NCBI RefSeq assembly: GCF_006345805.1
Contig: NC_043012.1
Location: forward strand, 10,726,001 to 10,790,000
DNA: 64,000 bases
Origin: Octopus sinensis
Lineage: Eukaryota
Direction of reading: 5' to 3'
Shown here: positions 1-13,289 of the stretch, piece by piece
Layout of the letters: every line of letters begins with the position of its first letter
Position numbering within the stretch: the stretch's first letter is position 1
Notes under the pieces: model-generated
What the model was told of the DNA's origin: nothing
Database searches by the model: none
What the model saw: the letters and a program-made list of their open reading frames with translations, nothing else
Translations under genes and position numbers: made by a program

Positions 1-1153
1 TCTCTTAAATACAGAACAGTTGTTTTGAATTTGCTCCAGGAAGTGGTCTATGTTTACGGAGTTGAGTTGGAGAGGGAACACTAGGGATGTGGCCTGGGTG
101 CTAAGGGGTAGGTAGCCTGAAGAAGTTTGGGAAACACTGAAATAGACCATTCTTGACAAGCCCCCTTCCTTACTCACCTGGTGCTTGTAATTGTCAACTC
201 TGCTTCCGTGAAGAACTGCATGTCATCCATCAGTCTGCAGAATCCATCAAAAGGAGTAGCGATGTATTTTATTGTCTCGACAAGAGTTATACAAAGTTGA
301 TGAACTTCAAGCCATTGTATGCTGATAATCTGATACCATGCTAACCTCAGCTGGCTCACGTACAATGACAGGGTATAGAATTCCTGGTGGCTGCAGAGAT
401 TATAGCTTACCATCACTCACGGTTGTTACAAACTCATATGTAAGCTGATGCTATCAAATGAGTCACCTCATCTTGAGGTAATTGCTAATGCCAAAATTTT
501 GTCTGCTCTATTGCATTTGGCATCCAATGAAGAAAAGTTGATGCCATAGAAATATCATATCCCTCTGAACGCTAAGTGATGCCAACATAGCGGTGCTCCA
601 CCATGTGGGGCTTCTGACCAAAGAAATGATATCGTTAAGATAACAAAAACAATCATGATCTGAAATTACCAATGAAGCTGAGTCAAATTGCCACGAGGGC
701 AAAGCCGTGTGAGTGGATTTCGTAGATGGAAACTATAAGAAGTCCGTTATGGACACATTGAAGTATCTACCCGCTAGAAATAAAGAGTTAAAACACCTCA
801 CTTGGACCACCTAAAATTACACTGAAAATAACAGATACAACAGTATACGGGTGAGCGAACTGAAAAAGATGTCTCATATAGCATTATAGCATAAAGCTAT
901 ATATTTAATGGAACAGGTATATATGTGGACCGGTTTCTGGTTTGACACAAAGTTCTTACCTTACTCAGCACATCTTAACCCTTAGAAATATCTTCCCAGT
1001 CCGCCACGTTGAAATCTGCTGGTGTCCTTAAATGCTTAGCGCCAAAATGTGGACAGCCTCAGTGTGAAAAGTACTAAGCAGCAGCAAAAATATTCAGAAC
1101 TGAATATTTATATAGATATTAATATTGATTATATATATATATATGTATATATA

Positions 1154-1365
1154 TGTGGTCTGATCAATAAGTATCCGGATGGTTGCTATAGTAACAAATC
1201 TAAAGCAAGCAGAGTAAAGCCACTTGGTACAGATTGACCTTGGACTCTGCTGTGCAAGTGCACTAAATTTTAACGTTCTAGCTCACTTCCACTGTTTACA
1301 GCAGTGATTGGAAGGAAGGTGTGTAGCGTGTGATCGTCACATTGACCATAACAGAGAAAGTTGAG
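1154..1365 (+). mobile_element. Mariner-family transposon, left end only
   Basis: Begins TA|tgtggtctgatcaataagtatccgga, the same TIR and subterminal sequence as the element at 38934-39559. Runs into a (GA)n tract at the position of the transposase start. Confidence 0.7.
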
Positions 1366-1623
1366 AGAGAGAGAGAGAGAGAGACAAAGGTTCCAGTTTG
1401 ATTTGGCTTGGTTTCTACACCTGAATGCCCTTCCAAACGACAACCACTTTACACAGGTGCTTTTATGTGGCACTGGCACTGATGTTTTTTTTTTTACATG
1501 ACACCAGCAGAGGGCTCTGCCATACAAGAGTGTATCACAATGTTAGTGACATGCAAGAATCTATCAGTGTTACTGTTATACATGTATGTACCAAGCAGTT
1601 ACTAAGTGTATTCCTTTATGAAA

Positions 1624-1820
1624 ATCATCATCATCATCATCATTGTTTAACGTCCGCTTTCCATGCTGGCATGGGTTGGACGATTTGACTGAGAACTGGC
1701 GAACCAGATGGCTGCACCAGGCTCCAATCTGATCTGGCAGGGTTTCTACAGCTGGATGCCCTACTTAACGCCAACCACTCCAAGAGCGTAGTGGGTGCTT
1801 TTATGTGCCACCGACACGAG
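1624..1820 (-). mobile_element. Short retroposon/LINE 3' end with (GAT)n tail (family C)
   Basis: catcatcat tail followed by gtttaacgtccgctttccatgctggcatgggttggacg. Related copies at ~5805-6245 (two), ~16520-16715 (minus) and ~41500-41597 (plus). Confidence 0.75.
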
Positions 1821-1932
1821 TATAATTCTATTTTATTTTCCCTGCTAACCTAGAGCTGTATAGTTGTGGCTAGTCCACTGGTCAAACCAAAGTATTTCCA
1901 ACCATTGCCATGTTGGCACTAATAAATAAAAT

Positions 1933-2559
1933 TAATAATCCTTTCTACTATAGGCACAAGGCCTGGAATTTTCGAGGAGGAGAGATAGTTGAGTGCATTG
2001 AACACAGTAGTCAAACAGTTACTTATTTTATCAACCCCACAAAAGGATGAAATGCAATGCAAAGTCGACCTTGGCAGAATTTGAACGCCGAAAGTGAGGA
2101 CGGCTGAACTGTTGCTAAGCAGTTTGTCTGGCATGATAATGCTTCTACCAGCTAGCTACCTTTAACAAGATTAATAATGCTTTCTACTATAGGCACAAGA
2201 CCTGAAATTTTGGAGGAGGGGACTAATTGATATAACAGTGACAGTGTTTTACTGGTATTTAAATTTATCGATTCCAAAAGGATGAAAGCCAAAGCCAACC
2301 TCAGTGGAATTTGAACTCAGAACAGCAACAATTAATAATAATAATGGTTTCAAATTTTGCCACAAGTGCTTCAATTTGGGGGGAGGGGATGAGTTGATTA
2401 CATTGACCCCAGTGTTCAACTGGTACTTATTTCATCGACCCTGAAAGGATGAAAGGCAAAGTCAACCTTGGCGGAACTTGAACTCAGAACATAGTGACAG
2501 GTGAAACACCGCTTATCATTTCATCCAGTCCGCTAATGATTCTGCCAGCTTGCTGCCTT
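1933..2559 (-). mobile_element. Three head-to-tail degenerate tRNA-derived SINE family A copies (short tail)
   Basis: Reverse complement of the family A core gagttcaaattccgccgaggtcgactttgcctttcatcctttcggggtcgataaa occurs three times, each ending in an (ATT)n-type tail. Confidence 0.8.
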
Positions 2560-2639
2560 AATTAATAGTAATATTAACACAAATAAACAATTAAGATTAA
2601 GAACAACAAAAGCAATGACAAATCATTAATACATTGGCT

Positions 2640-5099
2640 TTAGTTAATCATTTATTTATTTATTAATTTATTTATTTATTGAAAAGAAACCCTTCTGTGA
2701 GTTGTCAAAGCAAGGAATCCAATAAGGAATTCGTTTATTAGAATATCACCATTCAACTAATTAGGCTGGCTGGTTGGCTGGAAACTCAAATACAAAAAAA
2801 CAAAAACAACAAACAAGATTTGGAAAAAAAAAAAAAAAAAAAAGGCAATGCAGCAGTAAAGATACAAGAATTTTGCATTGACTTTCGGATAAGCTCCAGT
2901 CTGGTTTCGGATCATTTAATTCATTTTACACACCACGTTTAAGACAAAAAAACAAAACAAAAAACAACGTGGAGTTGTAGACTTGATTTTAAAGTTTTTG
3001 TTTTTGGTTCAGTTTTTTTTAAAGATTTTAGTTGGTCACAATAAAGAGGCAAGTTGGTATTTGTGGTGGTGAACAGTCAAAGACAAACGGTGGCGCCAAA
3101 GAAGGGAACTTACAAAAGGTGGAACACAATCGAGACAGCATCCTTTTCATCGTTTCTTTTCTTTTTTTTTTTTTGGCAGGCAGGGATTTGATTGTTTATT
3201 TCATTACCCAGAAATAATGGTTTTATCAAAGTAAATCTAGAATCCACTGCAAGTACCTGTTAAATAACCTTAAACTCCAACTGAATGACTTTTCAAACAG
3301 ACACATCTTACAATTAAGGGGAAACAATAGCAGAATGGAGGGTCCTTCGTTGATTCCTTCCTTCTAGTGAATATTTTTCAAAGAGATCCAGTCTAAATGA
3401 AATGCTACAACATACCTTAAAACCTCATCATATACAAGGCCCTAAACCCTATCACATACTCAAGAATCTTTAGTTCTTTCAAATAGATCCCTGATCCCTA
3501 AAACAGTGAAATCCTATCATGTTAGTATTCCAAAACAAAAAACAGGTTTGAACTCAATCATATGAGTTTCCTAAATCTTTCTTCACTTACATCTCAACTT
3601 CTACCAAACTGATCAAAGTTCCTTCTGAGTTGTATAGAATCTCAAAGACAAAAAAGTCTTCTTTCAGAGTCAGGGATCTGTACAATATACTGATTACAAC
3701 GAGGTACAATATACTGATTAACTTCAGCTAACGTTCAAGATTTCAGAAGACATGGTTGAAACTTATTTCTTAAGACATCTGACAGATTCCTTGTCAAATT
3801 AAACTCACCCCTTCAAAAATTCCATCTGGAGATTTGAGATCAAAGGAAAGGTATTACTTCACAATCTCAGATGGAACTCAAACATCTCACAAAACGATCT
3901 TCTGGCATATGGTTGCAAAGTTCAGCCAAATTAAACCGAAGACAAACACATTAATCAATGAAACTGATCAACAATCTACCAAACTGATCCAGTACTTCCA
4001 TTAAGAAAAAAAAAAAACAAAAAGAAAACGTCATCGAAAAAGATGTTCACAAACTGAAGATCATGAGTAACTGAGTGCTCAAAAAGAGAGGCTCAATAAT
4101 GCTGCTCAAAAAACATGACACAAACAATGGGAGCAGCCAGAAATTAAAAAAAAAAACTAAATACTTGCAAAGTGTTTAATCCAATGTTGCTCTACCAATT
4201 GGGTGACAGCAACTCTTACGGGAACAAACATTATGCTGTCTTCTCGTTAAGGTTCTGAGTTTAATTTGTATTATTGAGTGTAAACCATCTAATCTGAGAA
4301 AACTCAGACACATATCCATATATATACACACACACGTGCACATAATATACATATGCACACACACAATATATGTATGCACACAAACGTTTGTATGTGTGAA
4401 TGGCAGGTGTGTGGGCAAAGTGGGAGTGACTTGGGACAATGTTTGCACAAAATTTGCCAAAGAGCACAAATGCCAAACTTAAATTTGGTGAATTTCATTG
4501 TTATACACACTTAAACACACATGCATAGAACAATAAGTTCCATCCACACCACCACAACCAAATTAGGAAATAAAAACATAAATAGCTGATGTGTGTGTGT
4601 GTGTGTGTTATTATAAGTTAATCCTGTCACAAAGATTCATGCAGTCATCTATACTGCACCTAGGGTTCTGCAGAGTAAAAGAAGGTGAGAAAAAAGTAGC
4701 ACCACTCCCTACTCAACCTCTGAAACTGGGAAAGAGTCCTGGGTCAGATCTCACCCCTATTCGCTCACCACACTGCCAGAGAGCCTGAAGAATGGTGTTG
4801 CCACAGAATCAGAAAGGAATACTTACAGGTGGTTAAAGAATTAACAGGTCAGCAGTTTTTTACTTTTATTTAGAGACACCAAACTGACACCTTTCGTTAA
4901 AGTGTTTGTGTGTAAGTGTGTGGAGAATAAATATACATGTGTATGTGTATGTGTGTGTGCAGAGAGAGTGGAGCACAGGAGTAGCTATCTTATCACTCCC
5001 CTGTATTCAGAACTCATAACTGAACGTGGGACAGGAAATGAAAATAAATGTGACCACCAAAGGATAAAATAAAATAAAGCCTCTTGTAGAATGGTGCAA
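2640..5099 (-). other. SCAPER: Probable SCAPER 3' UTR (end uncertain)
   Basis: Follows the stop codon. About 2.5 kb with no recognisable SINEs, U-rich tracts on the minus strand, and AATAAA candidates on minus at 2734-2739 and ~2651-2680. Extent is inferred. Confidence 0.4.
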
Positions 5100-5206
5100 T
5101 TATTCCTGTTTGAAGCAAGCCATTGCTGCTGGCCAGACATCGACTGGGAAGCGTGATGCAAAGGACATACGGACCTCCAGGTCTGAAGTTCGGGCCTTGT
5201 CCTTAT
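5100..5206 (-). CDS. SCAPER: SCAPER terminal coding exon (D)KDKARTSDLEVRMSFASRFPVDVWPAAMACFKQE*
   Basis: Acceptor tatgttttttttcag, phase 1; TAA at 5100-5102. FASRFPVDVWPAAMACF resembles the SCAPER terminal motif (human LANRFPQQAWEEARQFF, from memory). Confidence 0.88.
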
Positions 5207-5804
5207 CTGAAAAAAACATACACAAGAGAAATTTTAGTATGGAATGGTGAAACACACACACACAAATATACACTCTCTCACACATATACACACTTGTATT
5301 GGAACATAAAAGACAATGAATGAATCAATAATGGTAAAAGTTGTCAAATACATCAAAACATATAATAAATCACCCACAAGTCTGAGACAAACAAAAACAT
5401 CAGCTGCTGAGGGAGGCTCTGTATACTTGCCCTCAGTCTGCTAAAAACAGCAGCCAAATCTCAGATTATGTGTTCCTAGATACACTGAGAGAAGAGTGGA
5501 AATGGGCATGGCTACAATGTCTTTGATGAGGCTGTTTAACCCTAGGTTGTACCTTTGGGTCAAACTCAAAGATGCTCCAGCCTCTTTGTCATGAATGACT
5601 TCATAATGTATCCTTTTAGGTTAAAATTTCATAGAGATTTGCCTGTTATTTCTAGGAGTAGATGGAGCAAACATGTAGAACCTTCTCACTGGAATATCCT
5701 TGATAGAAGGTCAACAGGATTGGAGCTGGCCTGGGGTAAAATTACGAACTAGAAAATACAAGCATTACAAGAATTTTTGATTCTGTTCAAATCATGATCA
5801 TCAC

Positions 5805-6245
5805 CACTTAACATCCGTTTTTCATGCTGGCAGGAACTGGTAAAGCCAGGAATTATACCAGGTTCTATAGTCTGTTATGGCATGGTTTCTACAGATCAAT
5901 GCCTTTTCTAACACCATCCACTTTACAAAGTGAAATGGGTGCTTTTTGTGTGTCACCATCACCAGTGCTTTTTATGTGGTACCATCACCATGGAGATCAT
6001 CATCATCATCATCATCATCGTTTAAACGTCCGTTTTTCATGCTAGCATGGGTTGGACGGTTCAACCGGGGTCTGGGAAGCCTGAAGGCTGCACCAGGCTC
6101 CAGTCTGATCTGGCAGTGTTTCTACAGCGGGAAGCCCTTCCTAATGCTAACCACTCCGTGAGTGTAGTGGGTGCTTTTTACGTGCCAGGCAAGGCTGGCA
6201 ATGGCCATGATCGGTTGGTGCTTTTTACATGCCACCGACACAGGG
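5805..6245 (-). mobile_element. Two family C retroposon copies
   Basis: Two occurrences of the ttaa(a)c(a/g)tccgtttttcatgct start with catcat tails; similar to 1624-1820. Confidence 0.7.
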
Positions 6246-6643
6246 ATCACAACTACAATTTTGAGATTCATATTTAAATGAGGGCTCATGTTTACACCCA
6301 GAGTAATTTAAAATAACTCTACTGCTGCATATTTTCTCTGTTAACAAGGTTCAGTCTTGTGTCACTCACAACCTCCTTAATAACAAAAACTGACCACTTT
6401 ATATTCTTTCATTTGTTAAGTTTTTTAAAATCTCCATTCAGGTCCAAGTTGTTACTGCTGTCCCAAAATGACCAATCAGAATGAGCTGTGTTTGAAAAGT
6501 GGTTTGGTACTTTTTGGCTCTAGGGTCAATCACAAATCATTTAATCATTACAATCACGAAGAACACTGCCACCATATGGGTGGATAAAATACAGCAATAG
6601 ACACAGAACACAGCTCTGTAGCACGCCTGCATCCTACTACTAG

Positions 6644-6864
6644 CTCTTTAGCATTCAGTTTACTTTGTCAAAACTGATGCTCATTCATTCACGTTTTAAA
6701 AATTTAACCATGTATTATCTTGTAGCTTCAAAATGTTGAGGATGTGATTGTTTATTTTTTGATTAACATTGTAGGGTAGGTGTGAGAGGCCAGGTGAGGC
6801 TGGCTTCAACATAAAACAAGAATATTTTGGCTGGATATAATTGGTTTAAATACTAAAGGGTTAA
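6644..6864. mobile_element. piggyBac-like MITE (degenerate)
   Basis: Ends ctttagcattcag ... tttaaatactaaagggTTAA show imperfect TIRs and a TTAA at the right end. Confidence 0.45.
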
Positions 6865-7857
6865 GAAGCAGATTAACAACTATCTGTTAATTGAAACAAA
6901 CTCAGTTTGCCAAGAGAGTAAAGAAGGTCTGAGATTTGTTTCAATGACACTATTCAACCCTGATTGCTTTTTTTTTAATATATTTTAATTTTTTTGCAAA
7001 AAATAATTCTTAGTTATTGAACATAACACAATGTACAATAAGGAAACATGATGGGGTGGAGAAGGAAGGAAAAGAAAGAACAGAGGAGGATGAGAAAAGG
7101 GGAGAGAAGATGAGAAGTGGGAAAGAATGAAAGGGAAGAAGAAATGAAAAAGGAGGAAAGAGAAAGAGAGGGAGTAGAAAGTTGCTATTATTTAGCTTAA
7201 GGTCATCTTTGACTGAAATGACCTATCATTGCAGAGACGTTCCAAACATGACTATATCACCTTTTTGAGTGAAATCTAGGAATACATTGTGTGTGTTCAG
7301 ACAATGGAGGTGTAAGTTGAAGGAAATTTGGCTGCTCTTTCTAACAATATGAAATTCTACCAAAAGGCCATAAGGAATAAAATGGTAGAAGACCTGGGGG
7401 GGGGGAGTCAAATGTCAAAAGGAGCAGGGGGGGGGGAATAAGATGAAAAAAAATGAAATGAAAAAGAAAGAAACAAACAAATAAAGGATGGCAGTAAAGG
7501 ACAATGGGGGTGGAATGGGAGAAAACTAGAGGGGAATTGCCAGAAATAAGGTTTGAAGAGAGTGACAGCAGGGGACAGATATAGAGGTGAGAGGAGAGAG
7601 CAGTAAAAAAAGAGGGAGAAGAAAAAGGTATGATAATCAATTAAATTAATCAGAATAGAAACGGAAGCAGCAGTGCCCCCCCCCCACCACCACCACTGCT
7701 ACCGTTCATGAAAAGTAACGGGGAGGGGAAGTGAGATTGTGTTTGGTCAACGAATGACAAACAATGGTGGACAGGTAAGGGCGGTAATCGTAAAGGGAGG
7801 TAATTATGGCCAACAACAACACCATCACCATCGTCAAACAGTCGAGGCACAAACAAG

Positions 7858-8050
7858 AGCCTCCGTGTGGTTGTCTGACTTACTAGAAATGGCAGCTTAA
7901 TCTCCTTACAAATCTAAGCAAAGGGTAAGCTGGACAACGTGGTTCTGGGTTAGTTGTAGGACAAAAAGGCAGGATGGTCACAGCTGTCTTTGATCATAGC
8001 TCTGTTTGACTCGGGTTGACCTGGGGCAAAATAACATCAACAACAACATC
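7858..8050 (+). mobile_element. Short interspersed repeat family E with (AAC)n tail
   Basis: Motifs ctagaaat(a/g)gcagc and ggatggtca(c/t)(a/g)gct...ctttgatcat recur at ~5425-5570, ~9130-9370 (internally duplicated), ~46690-46860 and ~61115-61280. Confidence 0.6.
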
Positions 8051-8167
8051 ATTCTTCAATCTCTCCCTACCATCATCTAGCATTTGGTCATTTTCTCCTC
8101 TCCCTCATTACAACACCTAATCACTCCACCCGACACTCCAAGTGGATCACACACACCTTTTACATTT

Positions 8168-8546
8168 TATCTTTTACTTGTTTTAGTCATTAGACTGTGA
8201 CCATGCTGCAGCAACGTCCTGAAGAATTTTGAGTCGAATGAATCAACCCCAGTACTTATTTCTTTAAATCCTGGTACTTATTTTATCCTTCTCTTTGCCA
8301 AACCACTAGGTTACTGGAAAGGAAGCATGCCAATACCAGTTCAAGTGGTGGTGCGAGACAACACAAAGACAGACACATATACACACACTTGGGCTTCTTT
8401 CAGTTTCCGTCTACCAAATCTACTCACAAGGTTTTTGTCAGCCCATGCTATAGTAGAAGATACTCGCCCAAGGTGCCACGCAGTAGGACTGAACCCGGAA
8501 TCATGTGGTTGGGAAGAAAAGTTCTTACCACACAGCCATGCCTGCA
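8168..8546 (-). mobile_element. tRNA-derived SINE family B
   Basis: Reverse complement of gcagg..tggctgtgtggtaag...gggttcagtcc(c)actgcgtggcaccttgggc...ggtagacggaaactgaaagaagcc, with an internal (CA)n spacer and a 3' half ending ...actaaaacaagtaaaag. Confidence 0.8.
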
Positions 8547-10343
8547 CCTAGACCGCTGAAATCTACAAGTTTTTTCATTCTCTCTCTGTTTATTCTCTCT
8601 TATTCCTTTCCGCTGAAGTGCATAGGCTCAAAATATAAAAGACTTTTTCATTAGTACACTCGCTTGTTGTTCATACACCTGTCTTCGCCTTGTTTTTCTA
8701 TAAATTTCAACTTTGTGTGTGTGTGTGTGTGTGTGTACACATACAAAAGCGTGACATGAGCAAAAACCAAACACTGTCAGTACAATAATCAAGGTGTAGA
8801 GAAGGTGGGGAGACAGAGAGGCTGAGGAGAGAAAGAAGTAAGCATGGTGGTGGTGGTGGTGGAGAGGATGAGTTGAGTGAAAAAGAAAGTCAGTGGACAG
8901 AGGTAAGAGGGGGAAACAGAGAGAGAGAGGGTTGAGGTTCCGTTTAAAAACGAAACAAAAAAAACGTGTCAGTTCCCACCACAACCACCACCACTGCCAC
9001 CTCTTCCCTTCTTTACTTTCCTTCAACATCCTCCCCAACCACTCCACACCTTTTCCATAGTGTTGTAACAAGACAAGGTTTACTGCAATAAATCATCAGC
9101 GACCTCCCGCTTCCTGACGAACCCACAGCGGCGGAAATAGCAGCCAAGTCCAAACAATTTTTAGTGAAGGACAGTTTGAGTAACATAGTCTTGAGCATAA
9201 AAAAAAAATTAAAAAAGATGGCATGGTCACAGTCGAAGATCTTTCGCCAGATAACCTAGCACAGTTTGGATAACATAGTCCCGAGAAAAAAAAAGACGGG
9301 ATGGTCACAGTGGAAGGTCTTTGATCAGAAGTCTGTTCAATCAAGGATAACCTGGGACTTTACAACAACTGCTGTGACTTTCAGTCTTCATTACAACCAC
9401 ACAAGTACTACCACCAACACTACAATTATAAGGAAACATAATCATTACTGCAACCCTCTCTACCGTTTGTAACATAAGCCACCATCATATCCACAATCGC
9501 CCACCATCACCACCATGGACAACACGAAAGCCATCACCACCATGAGACCGACAGGACAATGTAAAATGTCGCTAATTTACCATTGTCAACAGACATCTCT
9601 GGGATTCAGTTCTTATTAAGTTTGATGTTGATGACGCTGCTGGTGTTGTTGTTCAGATGTGTGGGGGTCGAAGTGGGTTTGGAATAAACCCAAAGTTGAG
9701 AACCCACTTGGACTGATTCACTTAAGAGAGAGCGGAAAGGAGCGCGAGGAAGGGGCGGAGGAGAGAAGGAGGAAGAGTAAGTAGATGGTACGAACTCTCG
9801 CACAGGCACATTTACACACAGCTGTGAAATAATAGCAAGAATCAGCAAGATTTGAACCCACGAGCCAGCAAATAATCATTCGTCGGTTAATGTGTGTATG
9901 TGTGAGAGAGAGAGAGAGGGGGGGGAGAGAGAGATGTACAAATTAAAACAACGAACATTTGTTTTTCTTCTGCTGGGTCAAAGAAGGCCAGTGCAACTAT
10001 GAACCCCGCCTTTTTCTTTCTTACAGTTTTCTAGGCCTAGAAGAACATTTGGAAGAAGGCGGGAAGTTATCCTCAAACAGCAAACCAGGCCTAAGAGCTT
10101 ACAATAGAGTGGACTCCAGTAAAGGTACTCAAAGACCAGGTAGGTGGTGGTCGTTGTGTTAAACAGGGCAAATGACCAAGTACTCAGAACGAGGAAAAGC
10201 GAAACGAGTACCAAGTGCCCAACTCCAACAATTCTGCCAAGTATAAGATTGGCCTCAGCCAAAATATCTCAGAAGAACTTTATTAAATGCACAAAGGTAT
10301 TTTTTAGGATCACCATTCTAAATTGTAAACGTTAAACTTACTG

Positions 10344-10875
10344 GTACTCCGTCGGTTGCGACGACGATGGTTTCAGTTGATCCAACCAACGGAACAACCT
10401 GCGTGTGAAATTAACGTGCAAGGCAGAGCACACCAGACACGTACCGTTAACACTTTTGATACCAACCCGCATGAAACCGCCTCTAGCTCTCTAGTACAAA
10501 TGTCTTGTTTTCAAAAATTCTAAATTAAAATCTTCCACCAAACCTTCGTCACAATTTATGTTCTTAACATTGGCTTAAAGGTAACTAAGTTATTTTACTA
10601 AATACTTTGTTATATTTAAAATTAATTGAAAGAAACACAGAGCATCGAAACAAAAATATGATAACAAAAGGATGTAGTTCTCAGGGAGATTCAGTGTGAC
10701 ACGGTATGCAACAAGGCTGTCCTTTTGAAATACAGGTACTACTCATTTTTGCCAGCTGAGTGGACTGGAGCAACGTGAAATAAAGTGTCTTGCTCAAGGA
10801 CACAACACGCCGCCGGAAATCAAACTTACAACCAAAAAATTGTGAGCTGAATACACTAACCACTATTCCACAAGC
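10344..10875 (-). mobile_element. Degenerate SINE family D interrupted by a TTAA-type MITE (~10451-10673)
   Basis: Family D sequence breaks at gtaccgTTAA and resumes at gtagttctc. The insert begins cacttttgatacc and ends gataacaaaagg (imperfect TIR). Confidence 0.65.
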
Positions 10876-11021
10876 CTTTCGTCGTCAATAAATACAAATA
10901 TTTTCTGAGAGAGCTGGGTAGATTTTGACCCACTATACCCTGGTTATAGATCCTGGTTACAGAAACTTATATTTTTAGGAGGGAAAGAGGAGCACATTCT
11001 ACTGAACCGACCCTAGTTCAT

Positions 11022-11363
11022 GGTGCCAGTATAGCATGTGATCTACATGTCACTGTGATCTACGTCAACTTAAATCTGGACTAGCTTGTGATCTGCATTC
11101 AAAATTTTGTCTAAAATTTGATCAGAAGTCTAAAATTCTTTTGCTCTCATCACAACTTCTTTCAATGGGCTCAGGATAAAAGCGTTTAAATCATAAAAGT
11201 TTTTTTGGTTTATATACGAAACCAACCCGGAAGTCGAGTAAATAGATGAATTTTAAATGTAGATCAAGAAGCCGGTGTAAATCACAAACTATACCATTTG
11301 AACTAATGTAGATCACAAGATATACCAGAAACATGTATGTTGATCACATACTACACCGGCACC
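11022..11363. mobile_element. MITE-like element with TIRs and subterminal GTGATCTAC repeats
   Basis: Left end ggtgccagtatagcatgtgatctacat matches the reverse complement of the right end atgttgatcacatactacaccggcacc. Several (T)GTGATCT copies lie on the left and the inverted AGATCA(C) form on the right. No clear TSD. Confidence 0.55.
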
Positions 11364-11742
11364 CAGATTATATTTTATCGACCCTAAGAGGGAATAAGGA
11401 GTAAAGCTAATTCCAAATGGATTCAAACTCAGAAACGAAGACGGATGGAGTTACTGATAGGAGAAATAAAGTTAGTTCGATTCTCTACTGCTTCGGCCAA
11501 TGTACGGTTCTGGAAGGAGAGGAGACAGGAGGATGTGGGGGGGGGGTGATAGGAGGAAATGAGTGAAGTAACATTCATGCCTCTCCCAAGTGGCATAAAG
11601 AGATGATATGGCTTCAGAGATTTACTGAAGGCTTCACACACACACACGGGCGCGCACATACATGCATGCATACATACATACATACATGAACAAAGGTAAT
11701 GGACACAAAAATTACACACATCCAGAAACACATACATAAATA

Positions 11743-11788
<46 letters not shown>

Positions 11789-12294
11789 CACACACACACA
11801 CACACACACACGGCAAGCGGAAGTGTGTGAAAACTGATTATAATTCTGGAGTCTTAAGATGAAAGTGTAAAAAGGAAAAAAAAAAGAGCAACAAACACAG
11901 GACTGGGGATACAACCACCACCAGCACTACAACAACAACAACGACAACAACCACAACGACCACCACAGTAACAACTACCACCCAAAACAAATAATACAAA
12001 CACCCAAGAAAGTACAAACTGTTTCTATCAGCAAATTAAGTTAAACAGTCATTTGTTTTTATTAGAGAAAGTGAGAGAGAGAGAGAGAGAGAAGGAGGGA
12101 CACCAGCTCCTCCAACCCCACCCCAGCGAAGAGAAGGTGTGAGAGAGAGAGAGAGGAAGGGGAAGAAGAATCCAGCCCCCACCCCCAACTACTACCTCAA
12201 CAAAGATAAAAGATGACACCCTCCAAACATCCATCGATACTTTAGACTTATTTGTCTTCCATTAGTTTGACAGCGGGTGGGTACGTGGTGTGTG

Positions 12295-12355
<61 letters not shown>

Positions 12356-12470
12356 AACTACACACGGACACATAGACTGCGATGTTTGCTAAGATGTGAG
12401 GTTTTCCTGTATAAAACAGTTAAATGTATCATCCTTTATATACAAGACAAAATATGGGTGTGTATATGTG

Positions 12471-12534
<64 letters not shown>

Positions 12535-12536
12535 CA

Positions 12537-12572
<36 letters not shown>

Positions 12573-12908
12573 CAAAAATAATTTAAAGCACAGTTCGATA
12601 CAATTTATCAAACTGACATCTTAAAGACTAAAAGAGTGACTGTGTGCGTGTGTGAGAGAGAGAGAGAGAGAGAGAGAAGAGGTGATTGTGAGACAATCAT
12701 GCCTTCATTACTGAAAGACGGAGACAAAGGGTATAATTCCGAGGAACGACGAACACAAATACCAACATTAAATAACAGTATACTTGAGTTTTGCCTGGTC
12801 ATTAGTCGCAACTCAATGCCATGTATTGAGTCCTCAGATGTGCCACATATAATGTTTCCTTGAATATATTTTACAATTCCTACATTGTATCTTTGATATT
12901 TTGTTTCA

Positions 12909-13110
12909 AGGCGGCGAGCTGACAGAAACGTTAGCACGCCGGACGAAATGCTTAGCGGCATTTCGTCTGTCTTTACGTTCTGAGTTCATATTCCACCGAG
13001 GTCGACTTTGCCTTTCATCCATTCGGGATCGATAAATTAAGTAACAGTTGCGTGCTGGGATTGATCTAATCAACTGGCCCCTCCCTTCCCCCAAAATTTC
13101 AAGCCTTGTG
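12909..13110 (+). mobile_element. SINE family A, near full length
   Basis: aggcggcgagctgacagaaacgttagcacgcc head with A-box/B-box-like (gagttcatattcc) motifs and the family core. Confidence 0.85.
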
Positions 13111-13289
13111 CGGCCATGCTAGGGCACTGCCTCGAAGGGTTTTACTCGAACAAATCGACCTCAGTACTTAATTTTTTTTAAGCAGGCACTTATTCTATTG
13201 ATCTCTTTTGCCGAACCTCTAAATTACGGAGACGTACACTCATCAACACTGGTTATCAAGCGGTGGTGGGACACATATACATACAGTCT

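Noticed and set aside
153-344. ORF containing KPLYADNL, resembling the RT YADD motif
   Set aside because: The similarity is a few residues with wrong context. It may be a decayed LINE but cannot be supported.
1-5099. Islet terminal exon on the + strand
   Set aside because: No LIM or homeodomain or Islet C-terminal peptide is visible. If linked, Islet lies outside the window.
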